From Coniocarpon cinnabarinum (lineage: Eukaryota), in NCBI GenBank assembly GCA_051942205.1, contig JAVECO010000173.1, positions 1 through 47,898 on the forward strand: 47,898 bases of DNA. The letters are read 5' to 3'. The notes below the pieces were generated by a model, which saw nothing but the letters and a program-made list of their open reading frames with translations, ran no database searches and had not been told where the DNA came from. How positions within the stretch are numbered: position 1 is the first letter of the stretch; each line of letters begins with the position of its first letter. Shown piece by piece: positions 24,798 through 36,014 of the stretch. A program made the translations under genes and the position numbers.

Positions 24798-25820
24798 CTT
24801 TGATTTGCAACGCAGAAACGAATGACTATCCTGTGCTCTTGGCTACAGAGAAGAATGTATGTGATATTGTGGAGAAACGAGTGAGTGGTACGCCCTACCG
24901 GAGGGATGTGATGCAGCAAATGCAATGCTCAGCACGGTGAGGATCAAACGAAGGACTACCGCGTGCAGGACAAGAAGCAAGGAAGGGGAGAGCGAAAAGC
25001 GGCAAAGTAGGACTTGAAGAGAAGGCCATGGCGGCTACCTCGCGACCAAAGCATCATCGGGGAGCAGCTCGACAAGATCAGCGAGCAACAGAACGATGAA
25101 GATTAGCGTGCATCAGCGAAGCCAGTCGGCGAAATGGACTGTTTCAAGAGCGGCCGTAAGCGCCGTGAAGGATGCAACATTCTGCGGAGACTGGTGGGCA
25201 TAAGCGAACGTGAAGCCACCTTGAGGAGTCGAAGATAAGCAGATCGAGACCACCTCGGAGCAAAATCGAGCTCAGCAACGTTGGGCGGGGTGTCTTAAAA
25301 GACACTTCTGCGACAGGAGATTGAACAAGGAGGATGGCGGCTGTTTGTTCCGAAGGATGTGGCCTATGAGAACAGGGGCGTGGCGGCGCATTCAGTCATG
25401 TCACGCCTCGTCTCGCCGAGCGCAGTGACAGGAAGCAGAAGACATCTGGACAGATGCAGGGGGCACCTATAAGAGCAACGCGGGCTCTGAGCTCGCGCAG
25501 CGGCTCGATATGATCATCGGTGTCGGGATGTAGTCAGCCGCAAGGCACATACTTCGCAGTTTGACGCGTGAGGGCCAAAGAGCCTGATGCCGGTTGAGTC
25601 GGACCGGCTCGAAAGATCACGTGGCCTGAGGACAGTGTCGCTTACACGCCACGAACCTTATTGATCCCACACACACGACCTTGTAATCAGATCTGCCAGG
25701 GGGCACCGTCCTGCTGCGCGCGTCTGTTTCACCAGTCGTGCTCCTAGCCGGCGTTGCCGAACCCAATCAACAAGGCTCGTCTTCATCTCCTGCGCCGTGG
25801 CATCCGTTACGTATGCGTCT

Positions 25821-27121
25821 TCACGTGTTCCTTGCAACAATCTCCTTTGCAAACGACCCAAAGTCTAAATCTCTGTTCTCGTCTACGATCTCATCGAGGT
25901 TGGGCTGTGTGAAGACAGCGAGTGTGTTCCTTGCCACATGCGCCTTGTTGGCTACACCCTTGACGAAGTGCGGCACAGCTTTCAATCGACCCTTTGTCAT
26001 CAACTCGAGGGCCTCTCCCGTCTGAAAAGCCAGGCAATCCTTCGGGATCTTGACTTGTACCGCTTGTCCTGAACGTGACCGGATATATAAGCCCGCGCTG
26101 GGATCGGGAGAGCTCAAGAGCTCGTCCAGCGGGTTCAGACCTGTGCCTGAGCCGACAGAGGTCTGCTGATGCGCTTCGTCGACGTACATGGCGCTCGTGA
26201 GGCCGGTGAGACAGCCGTCTGGAGCATAGTCAGCACGAATCGCCCACCGCTCATACTGCAGGTTGCAGGCGTGCGAACTAACGATCCAGATGCGTTCCGC
26301 ACCAATCATCCGGGTCGGTCGGCCCGCCTGAAGTCCTTTCGCCAGTTCCACTGGGAAAGTAGTGGAGCAGCCGCGCCTTCGTCGTCCGACTCGTCCTGAC
26401 AACGTGCTCCAAGCAGTTCTGACGGTAGCCTTCCACCTTCTTCTCCCCGAATTGATCGCAGGCCCGCGCCACGGAGACCGCAATGTCGATGATGAGACAG
26501 CACAGCTCCTCGCACGCAGCTCGAAACCCTCTCAGTACTGTTTCCGCTGGCCATACGGACTCGGCAGTGTACTCTGGCATGTGGTGCTTGCCATCGCTAT
26601 TGCTGGCTGCTTCATCCATGATTGCGTCCCCGCTGTCGACATGGTCGCGCCAGAAGCTGCCGCAATTGATGTAGTAAGAGCCTTTCAGGGTGTCATAGTG
26701 TCCCGACTTGAGCTTCTCCTTGCCCAGAGACCAACCTACCAGGTAATTCACCTCAGGCCTCTCTAGCAGTTCTGCTTCAACGATCAGTTCCGCGAACAGG
26801 ACCAAGTCAGGATATTTATTTTGGTCACGCTGTGAAGGTGCTTACGTAGTTGGTCCTTTGGCAAGTTTGCCAGGTGGGACGAGTAGCTCAAGACCGTGGG
26901 ACGCAACTCCAGGAATCTTTCTGGCAATCCACTGATCACAATGATACCTAGTGAGGCGGGCCCGAAGGCGTCTTCGAGCGTCGAGAGAGGGACCGCGTCT
27001 GGCGAGCGGCGCTTTAGTCTCTCACAGCTAAAGCACGTGGTAGCTGAGGCAACTCACCATCGCGCAAATCGGTCAAGCTCACTGTTACGGGGGTGGGCAA
27101 TGTTTTCTCTTGGGCGGCCAT
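25821..27121 (-). CDS. 2-oxoglutarate/Fe(II)-dependent dioxygenase (IPNS/clavaminate synthase-like fold)
   Basis: ATG 27121 MAAQEKTLPTPVTVSLTDL; three introns. EDAFGPASLGII, GWSLGKEKL, KGSYY, KARLLHYFP, WCGTHLDHGCLTGLT (HxD), FQTGEALE, AVPHFV (distal His), RNTLAVF. Confidence 0.85.
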
Positions 27122-27477
27122 TGGAAGATGTCGAGAGCAATCACCAGGTGCTGTGCTGTTCCTCGGTTGGGGCGACTGAGCTCAAGCTGCAGCGAACGCA
27201 ACGCCCCACCCCGTCCACGGAGTCAGATTTGACCAGCCTCTTCCTCTTCGTTGCAACAGCAAAGCCGCTCAGTTCATCAGACGCGTGTTATTCAAATGGC
27301 GCGTCATTGCTCGCGCTTTACTCTAGTCTATGTACAGCATGATTCGGATTCGAGCGCAAATGCCATTGACATTCGTTTCCATCACACCAAAGATTCATCA
27401 TTTCATCACCAAGAGAATCGAATTGGAATGCGTTCCACTCGGGTGAAAGGTCAACAAGTTGCTACGAGCAACATATC

Positions 27478-28895
27478 TCATGAGGAAAGCACAAACGTGG
27501 CAGATCCATGACTAACTGAGACCTATCCGTCTTCGTTAGCTAGGCCATGGTTATGTCACGTCAGATAGAAGCACTTACGGTGCAGCCGTTACCATTCGCA
27601 GCCTGTTGTTCGTACTCCTCACCACTGCAGTATTGGCCGTTTTCGTATTTGCATCGGCCCACAAGATTGTCGTAGCCACCATTGTCTCCGACAATTTCGA
27701 CAGAGAAGTCCAATGGCACATTTGTTGTTGGTAGGTTTTGGAGGATGGACAGCCACGCTGCACCGTTACTGTAACCCACGCCGAGGTTCAAGGGCGCAAA
27801 ATTACCCCAATTCTTGGTTGCATTTCCCCACTGACAGCCTTGCTCAGGAGAAACTCCTTTCGGGTTGACGTAATACTGGGCCGATGTGGATTTGCCTTGC
27901 CAATTGTAGTAATGGGCAGCGTCTGGGCATGTGAGATTGGTCGTTTGCCCAGGGTTGGCCTGCAGAGGAATGACCTCCCCTTCTGTTCCAGGGTAATCCG
28001 TCCTACAGATAGCGACTCCCTCATTCATCGTGTTCTGAACTGTAATGGCCACTTGTGTACTTCCACGGCTGCACAACTTGGAGGACAGACCAGAGTTCGT
28101 AAGTCGGAGCTTGCCACCCACACACTGCAGCCCACCGATGGACTGACCGGTACTTCCCTGTGTTGCGGGCCACTGAGTTTTCTCGTAACCAGCGGGGCAG
28201 GCATAGGAGCAAAAGTCATTTTCACCGCACGTCGCGCCACTAGTCTTCGTCTGGATGTCGGCAAAGCCCTGTGCGCCTTCAAAACCTGGACACTGGATGC
28301 CTGACCAGCCACCTAAGCCTAGGTAGTCCAATGCAACAGCCCCATATTGGGCTGGGAAGTCTGAGCAGTCGATCTGGCCATCCGGAAAATCATCGTTGAT
28401 ACCCTGAGGCGATGGAGCTGATGGCCAAGGGGTGGAGTCCGTGTTGGGTGGACCTGAGGTTGGGGCGGCATTGAGCGAAGTTGTCGTATCTGGTGAGTAG
28501 AGCGATGAAGCCGCTGGGGTCGGGGCCGATTGCTGAGCCGCATCTGCGCTTGCACTCGCAGATGGCGCGGATGCAGGTGTGTTCAACGTGGTCGAGGAAG
28601 ACGACGTGGACGAGCCCGAGGGCACCATTTTCTGGCTTGGTGCAGTGCTCTCGGACTTCGCTGGCATCACTGCGCCATTGGACGCGTACACCAGTGTGCC
28701 ATTAGCAATCCCCTCTTGTACCTCCTTAGCAGAGATGGAGTGTCCCTGATATTCAAAAACCACGACGGTATCCACTGATACCTTTGATGTAGTGGCTTCG
28801 ATCTGACGCGCATGGTGGTGGCGCTGATGCGGCGGTCTTGCTAATGCGATGCCGCTCGACAGCGCAACGATAGTGGCAACTGTTGAGAGCTTCAT
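27478..28895 (-). CDS. Secreted SUN family beta-1,3-glucanase/glucosidase (GH132)
   Basis: Signal peptide MKLSTVATIVALSSGIALA and S/T-rich stalk. FPDGQIDCSDFP, LGGWSGIQ, CSYACPAGYEKTQWP, SIGGLQC, CRTDYPGTE, YYNWQGKSTSAQYYVN, GNFAP. Final intron GTAAGT ~27578, last exon VSVSHGSATFVLSS stop. Confidence 0.9.
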
Positions 28896-28947
28896 GTCTA
28901 CGCTCAGAGTTCACGCTCGAGTGGTCAAAACTTCAGGAAAGTAATAT

Positions 28948-29083
28948 CTACCGTTAATAACCGGGCCAGTGTGTTGTCGGTTGACCACTTTCAATATTTG
29001 CCGCAAGCTTCAACTCGGCGTTCGATGCAGGCTCTTGGGGAAGTGCAATCACTCAGGAGGTGGCAGCGTGCAAAGCTACTTAC
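28948..29083 (-). other. Predicted 5'-UTR intron of the SUN gene
   Basis: Donor GTAAGT at 29083; branch-like ATTAAC and acceptor GGTAG ending at 28948, 53 nt upstream of ATG 28895. Confidence 0.5.
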
Positions 29084-30172
29084 TCATCAACGGCACAACG
29101 GTGTCGTTGTTGTCTTCGGGTTGATGTTGGTGAATGAATCGCGGTTGCTGAGGAAGTGGTTGTTTTATGATGTTGTTGTCGATATCGCAGATTTGAAAAT
29201 GAACGGAACGAGGACAAATCCTCTGAGTAACGTTGACGCTTAAGGCGTGGTAAGAGTTGAAGGCTGCAAGCTGATGTTGAAAAGAAGTGAGGCCAGCACG
29301 CGGTGAGTTGATACGGATGGCCACTTCAAAGGAGCATGAACAGAGAGAGACCAGGGAAGGGAAAGCTAGGAGGAGCAAAAACAGACGGTGTGAAGACTAG
29401 CCTCACGCTAACCAATAAGGACGAGGCACTAGTGCGACTCCGTTCTTCAGCGAGGAATGCCAGAAACCACAAAACAAATCTCCCTCAAATCATGCACCTC
29501 GGCGACGCTCAAAATAGCTGTCGACGGCTGCAAAAATAGGGCGCAGCTGTCAAAAGATGCTTGCGCCATGTGAGTGACTGGGCTGCCAAGGATGGACGGA
29601 CGCTGCAGCAAGCAGACCTACCGCCTAGCCGCACTTCTCGCACAGTTGAAGTCGCCTGCCCGGAGAAGGACAGGGCCTCATCGAAGCCTCGAAGCCACGA
29701 AGGATGATCGCTTCTGCGTATGGCGGCAGCGGCTAATGGATGCGACCATTCCCAAGAGGCGAGCTGGAATGCGTTAACGTCATATATGGGTCTTAGCCTT
29801 TGTGCCAAGCGTTGACCTTGAGTGTAGAGCAAGTCGAAATGGTATCAGCCTTTGTTGATGAGATTCAAATATCTCTTGCGTTTTTAATTAAGTAGGAGAT
29901 CAGTGACGCATGTGAATCGTGTCGGCCTTGTCGACAGTCTCGCACGACGACGTGGGCCTTGCAGGAAAGTATTTGCCGCACCATGATTGAGCAGCTCACC
30001 AGATGCAAAGGGGTTTTCGTCATTATGCTCGTAGCTTTGCAACCTGAATTCCTCATGATGCACGGGCTCGCCTAGAAGGAGATCCCGTAACGACTTTTTT
30101 CCATGGTCCTTGATAACTCTTTTTCTGCAAGCAGTGACATTTCATGTGAAGGTCCTCCCAAGGCAACACGCT

Positions 30173-31029
30173 CTATGCGTTGAACGCTGGCGCCATTGTC
30201 GCTACCACGACGAGACTCCCAACAACAAGACCACCTGCGCAAAACGATACCAGGGCAACGCTTGCCCTACTCGCAGGAAATTTGCCTTGAATGACATAAT
30301 GTTGTCCTTCAAAATAGCGATGGAATCCAATTAATAGCACTAGAATGCCGACTCCTAGAAAGCAAGCACCGAGCGGTCTGCCAATGTGCCGTAGTTTCTC
30401 GACTCGCGGATGATTTGCAGGCGTGTTCATGAGTTCTTGATCAAGCCGAAAGAGCTGTGTCACGGTGACTCCGATGCTAGCGAAAGCCAGTGACGTACGT
30501 AGCCAAGCCAGGAATGTTCGTTCTGTGCCCACATCAATCAGCGTCTGGACCATCACAGAGAAGAGCCTGTGCGGCCAGCCATACCTAGAGCCAGATGATC
30601 CCTTGCCACACTGCCTTTATTCTGTAGTTCTATGGTCCCGTATTTGTCCAGAAGTCGTTTCCACCATGTTAGCTTCGGCGGTTCGTCGGCCGCGCGGTCA
30701 GACGCTCCGTCCACTTGTGGCAGACTGGGTGGAGGGGGTCTGTCGGACGCCGAGCTGGGGGAAGAGCTCCGCGAGGGAAGTCGATGCGACGCTGGAGCCG
30801 CGGCATCGTAATTTCTTTTGCTGCCTTTTTGACGTCTTACAATGGCTGTGTGTTCATCCGCACTGCTTTCTGTATCCATTGGCTGTCGACCTCGTCGGTC
30901 GCCTGGCAGCCTAGCTTGGTCCAAGAAACTGACCGTACGCCTGATGCCATCGAGTTCGCTGGGCGTGGCGCGAGAGGGGCTATGCTGCTCATTTTGAAGG
31001 CTCGACTGATCTTGCGGATTGGATGACAT
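30173..31029 (-). CDS. DUF202 family small membrane protein (YidH/VTC-type three-helix domain)
   Basis: ATG 31029 [25 protein letters not shown], intron GTATGG ~30583, then [41 protein letters not shown]. Confidence 0.85.
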
Positions 31030-31533
31030 GGGACCAAGGTGGGCCCCAGGGGCACTAATCGTGCCAGCGAGTCGAGCCAACCACAGTGACGGGACTAAGG
31101 CATCCACAGCGATCTCGCCTGTATACCAGGGGCGAGTGCATACAGGACAGCCTATGGAAGGGGCTTCTGCCCGCAAGTGGAGAGCACGTAAGGAGATGGG
31201 TCAGATGAGGTGCTTCGTGCTTCCCCAACGTCGCGTGCAAGGAGCGGGGAAAGGCCCGCCGCAGGCTCACATCCATGCCGACAAACCTTACTTCAACGGG
31301 CGCATAAAGTAAAACAGATATGGTGGCAGCAATGTCGTCCTGCTCTCAGGCACTATCAAGCGTGCAGAGCTCGCCGTCCTGAGTCTCAATCAAGGACGGA
31401 GTCTGCGGCTTTGCTACCTGCGTATCTAGCGCACCGGCGTGCATACGTCCCCAATGCACTGCATCACTCGGCGGGGTATCTTCTCCATTTTCTTCATGCA
31501 TATGCTTGCTCGCGGCTGCACCCTTCTGATCGC

Positions 31534-32983
31534 TCAGTCCATGGTCATGTTTCCTCCCGCTCTCGAAGAGGAAATGACCCTCTTCACAATCTTTTCTACC
31601 TCGTCCCAATCATCTGTCGGAACCTTGGTCGGCTTCACGCCAAAGTATTCGACGATCTTGTTCAAATTCTCCCAACTCTGCTTGTCGTAAATGAAAGAAA
31701 TCGCCACGCCGACCCGTCCAAAGCGGCCCGTGCGTCCGATTCGGTGCAGATAGGTTTCCGGATCTGCAACACCGTCTTTGTCGGGAATGTCGTAGTTGAT
31801 GACCATGGAGACAGAGGAGATGTCGATCCCGCGAGCGAGAACGTTGGTAGTGATGAGGACTTTCGCCGTGCCTTCGCGGAATCTGTCGATGATGGCATCG
31901 CGATCCACGCCCTCGAGAGCTCCTGTCAATTGCACAACCTGATGTCCCTCGGCAGTCATGCGTCGCTCGATCTCCGCAGCAGTGTCGCGGCGTCTGACGA
32001 AAATTATCGACGAGCCAATGGTCATCAACCCATAGAGCTTGACCAGTACCTCGTATTTGTGCTGCTCTGAATCACAATCCATATATAGCTGCTTGATGCC
32101 TTCTACCGTAAGCTCTTCTGTCTTCAAAGTCAACTGATTTGCATTAGGGGCAAAGCGCTCGGCGTAGCGAGTGACGTATTCCGGGAAGGTGGCCGAGAAG
32201 AGAACAAATTGAATGTCTTTGGGCAGAAGCCTGTTCCTGAGTCAGCAATTGATCGCCGCGCCTTTGTTGCCAAAGTACGTACGACTTGACTCTTGTACAC
32301 TGATCTCCCAGGCCAGTCTGATCCAGCATGTTGTCAGCCTCGTCGAGGACCAGCACTTTTATGCCAGACGCATCCATTAGCCGCCTTCTGATCATGTCCA
32401 TGACAGTGCCGGGCGTGCCAACGGCGATTTGACCCTCAACACGTTGACCTCGCTTCGAAGGATCTGGAATTGCCTGCACGACGTTCAGACCTTTAAGGAA
32501 CTGACCCATGGTTTGGACGACCCCAACGATTTGACGTGCCAGCTCTCTGCTGGGTGCGAGCACTAGGGCTTGTGGGTTCGGATTGTCAAGCGATATTCGA
32601 TGTAGCATGTTCAGCGTGAACGCGGCAGTCTTGCCAGTTCCTGATTGAGATTGGCCGATAAGATTAAGAGGTGGGTTGTTGAGGAGAAGAGGCAACGCTC
32701 TCTCTTGAATTTTGCTGGGTGATCGAAAATTCATGGCATAAATACCACGCTGGATGTCATCGTTCAGTCCTAGCTGGTCAAAGGACTGCGCAGAGTAGAG
32801 TGGATTGTTGGGGTCTGAGTCGGCTTGGAGGTCTGACAACTTGACATCGACGTCAAACTCAGGCTCCTGAAGGGCGGAGCCCCCCTTGTTTTCTGATGAG
32901 CCGTCCGTTTGGGCTGCACTTATACTATCCTCGCTAGGCTTGCTGATGCGCTCTTCGAGCGGCTTCGACGCGGCTTCCGCCAT
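31534..32983 (-). CDS. DBP5: DEAD-box RNA helicase Dbp5 (mRNA export)
   Basis: ATG 32983; [98 protein letters not shown]. One intron ~32283-32231. Confidence 0.95.
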
Positions 32984-33388
32984 CGAGAATCCAGAGCTAC
33001 GAGCGGACGTCAACAACAGGTATGCGTTTCTCGAAAGATGAGTTGAGTAGTGCCTAAGATGCGGCAATGTGGGTGGTGAAGTGTCGTAAAGGCATGCGCT
33101 TTTCCGCAGGAGAGGACAATTGTTAGCGTTGCGCTGCAAATTCGTGAACGGTTGAGAGTGAACGATGGCTTTGGGTAGCCTATTAGAGATCAGCGGAAGG
33201 CGCCTTATATATCAGGCTGCGCACCTACATCCCACCTGCTGCGTATGCATGCTCGAGACACCCTAGTACCAATCTCCACACGCTGTCTCGCGCTCTCACC
33301 AGGCCATGATACCCACGAATTTCTTTGACGCTTGATGTTTGCAATGCTGCTTGCTTAATCCCTTTTCTGTCTTTACGGTATCCGAATT
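32984..33388. promoter_or_regulatory. Short divergent (bidirectional) promoter region DBP5/BZZ1
   Basis: About 405 nt between head-to-head ATGs; TTATATAT at 33205-33212 lies near the middle. Confidence 0.55.
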
Positions 33389-35724
33389 ATGGCGGCCGCG
33401 GACGTGAGCTTTGGCGCGGAACTCAAGGTGCGCACCTGCGACCGCCGTAGAGACACTAAGAGGATGGCTTACACGCATTCAGGATGGCTTTCGCCCTGTG
33501 AATGCTTGGGTAAGATGCTGGCAAAGAGAAGTCAAAGACGATCAATTTACAGTAGTCCTAGGTCGGCGAAGGCATTGAGTGGCTCGACGACATACAGCAA
33601 TTCTATCGGGAGCGCAGTGCCATTGAGAAGGAGTACAGCGCCAAGCTGAGTGCGCTTGCAAAGAAGTTCTTCGAGCGCAAAAATCGCAAGCAAAGCCCGG
33701 TCAGTGTCGGTGCGACACCCACGGTAACACCTGGATCACTTGAGTGCGCGTCGATGACGACGTGGGGCACTCAATTGGCGACCCTCGAATCTCGAGCTGG
33801 CGAACATGATCAGTTCGGCAATGCGCTTCTCAGCCAAGTTGCCGAACCGTTGCGGATACTCAATGGCCGATGTGAGGATCTGAGAAGGCAACACGCGGAA
33901 TTTGCAGCCAAGCTCGAGAAAGAGCGGGACACGACTTATGGAGAGCTTCGCAAGCAAAAAGGAAAATACGATAGTGAATGCCAGGACGTGGAGAAGTCGA
34001 GAAAGAAGACAGACTCGGACCATAGCTCCCAGAAGAATCAGGCTGCGCATCAAGCCCAATTGGCAAATATGTCTAATGCCAAGAATACATACTTGATTGC
34101 CCTTGCCGCAAGCAACAAGCAGAAAGAAAGATACTACAACGGCTACGTTCCTGATCTTCTCGACTCCATGCAAAACCTTTCGCAGCTTCGCATCAGTAAG
34201 CTCAATAACATCTGGTTGCAGGCCGCCAATATCGAGACAGCGACATTGAACCGCAATGCTGAATACACCAAACACCTTGCTTCGGAGATTCCACGAAACA
34301 ATCCCTCTCTCGACTCGATGATGTTTGTCCGCCACAACGCATGCGCATGGCAGCAGCCTGGCGACTTCGTCTTTGAGCCGTCTTCAATTTGGCATGACGA
34401 CTCCGACATGGCACGTAGTGAAGCCGCAAAGACCTTTCTACGGAACGTCCTGGCCAAGTCGAAAGCACAACTTGCCGAGCTCCGGCGCGAGGCAGATAGC
34501 AAGCGACGCGAGCTTGACACTGCGCGCAGACAGCGAGACTCAGGTCGTAGCGATCCCATTGACGCCTCTCGAGAACACTTGGCCGCTCATCAAATACATC
34601 ACGATGCCGAACGCCGCAAGATCAACACCGAAGTCGAAGTGGCCACGATCATCACTGCTGTGGGCGACCTATCCGTCGGAGCACGTCCCCACTCACTCCG
34701 ACCGCAGACCTTCAAAATCCCCACCAACTGTGACCTCTGCGGCGACAGGATATGGGGACTCTCGGCTAAAGGGTTCGACTGCCCCGACTGCGGCTTCTGC
34801 TGCCACAGCAAGTGCGAGATGCGCGTTCCCGCCGACTGCCCCGGCGAGTGCGGCAAAGATGAGAAGCGTCGCCTCAAAGTCGAGCGGCAGGGGTCGGCCA
34901 AAGACAAGACGGTCGCCGAGTCTGACGCCATCCCAGAGCGCACTGCCAGCGTAAGTGCCAAGCCCAGCGCGCCCAATCTCGGTCGCAGCGGCACTGTCGA
35001 TTCAATGTCCACGCTATCGAGTGGCTATGCCACCAGTCGCCAGCCCTCACATCAGGCATTGCCAGACGGCGCCGGCGAGGCAGAAGAGAACGGCAGGGAC
35101 TCCCCGCCCGCCGCCGCGGCACCCAAACCACGACTTGGCGGCTCGCGCCTGAAAGCGCCACCACCGGCTGCATATAAGAAGTGGGAAGAGCCTGACGAAG
35201 ATGGCGGACGTCAGAAGGGAAAGATGCTCTACGCGTACACCGCGACCGGTGCGGACGAAGTATCCGTCTCCGAGCATGACAGCATTGCGGTCCTTGAGCC
35301 CGACGACGGCTCAGGCTGGATGAAAGTCTCCTCCTCGGCCGGAGAGGGCTTGGTTCCGGCGTCATACGTGGAGCTGGGACCGATGCCCTCCCCGTCCTCA
35401 TCACAGACAGCACACGCCGCTCATCCCTCCCTCTCTGACACTGATCGACACTCACAGTACTCGGCCTCGTCTGTCTCGCTCGCTGGATCAACCGGCGCAG
35501 CGCCCAGGAAGAAGGGTCCTGCGGTGGCGCCACGGCGAGGGGCCAAGAAGGTGAAACACGTGGAGGCGATGTATCCGTATGAGGCCCGGACCGATGCCGA
35601 GCACACCATGGAAGAGGGCGAACGGTTTGTGTTGGTAAAGAAGGACGCAGGGGATGGATGGAGTGAAGTCGAGCGAGGCGGCGTGGTCAAAGCTGTGCCG
35701 ACCAATTATGTAAAGGACGTTTGA
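33389..35724 (+). CDS. BZZ1: Bzz1: F-BAR + C1 + two SH3 domains, endocytic actin regulator
   Basis: MAAADVSFGAELK / DGFRPVNAW / VGEGIEWLDDIQQFYRERSAIEKEYSAKL with two short introns. C1 domain HSLRPQTFKIPTNCDLCGDRIWGLSAKGFDCPDCGFCCHSKC. SH3s MLYAY..DDGSGW..GLVPASY and AMYPY..GDGW..VPTNY. Confidence 0.93.
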
Positions 35725-36014
35725 ACGTGGTGTTCGCAGAGGACTTCAAGATTGAACGGAGACGTGGCAAAGAGAAATCATCACTAGTGGGCAGTATTGT
35801 ATATCTGACTGCCCAACATGGTCAACACTCTCAACCGAATGACACATCATGCACGTTGCAACAGCACATATTCCAAGCATGCTCTATGTTGCGGAGCCGT
35901 TGCTCATTCACAAGCTTTATCTATTGGCTGTCCAAAAGCATATCTAACCGCTTTCCAACACGATGCTGTACAAAACACCAGGCCATGCGATCGCTCAGCG
36001 TCAAAGTTCCCTCA

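Noticed and set aside
25290..25305. Inverted repeat GTGTCTT-AA-AAGACAC
   Set aside because: Seven-bp arms are expected by chance in 48 kb, and there is no partner terminal repeat or target-site duplication to suggest a transposon.
28948..29083. Possible TPP riboswitch in the SUN 5'-UTR intron (uORF plus intron layout)
   Set aside because: The TPP aptamer core (CUGAGA, CUGAU, AAU..AGCG..GG) is not present, and the gene is unrelated to thiamine.
31210..32070. 286-aa plus-strand ORF and similar long antisense ORFs (8068-8814, 34874-35533)
   Set aside because: These are shadows of the codon-biased genes DBP5, CDC50 and BZZ1 on the opposite strand, with no motifs of their own.
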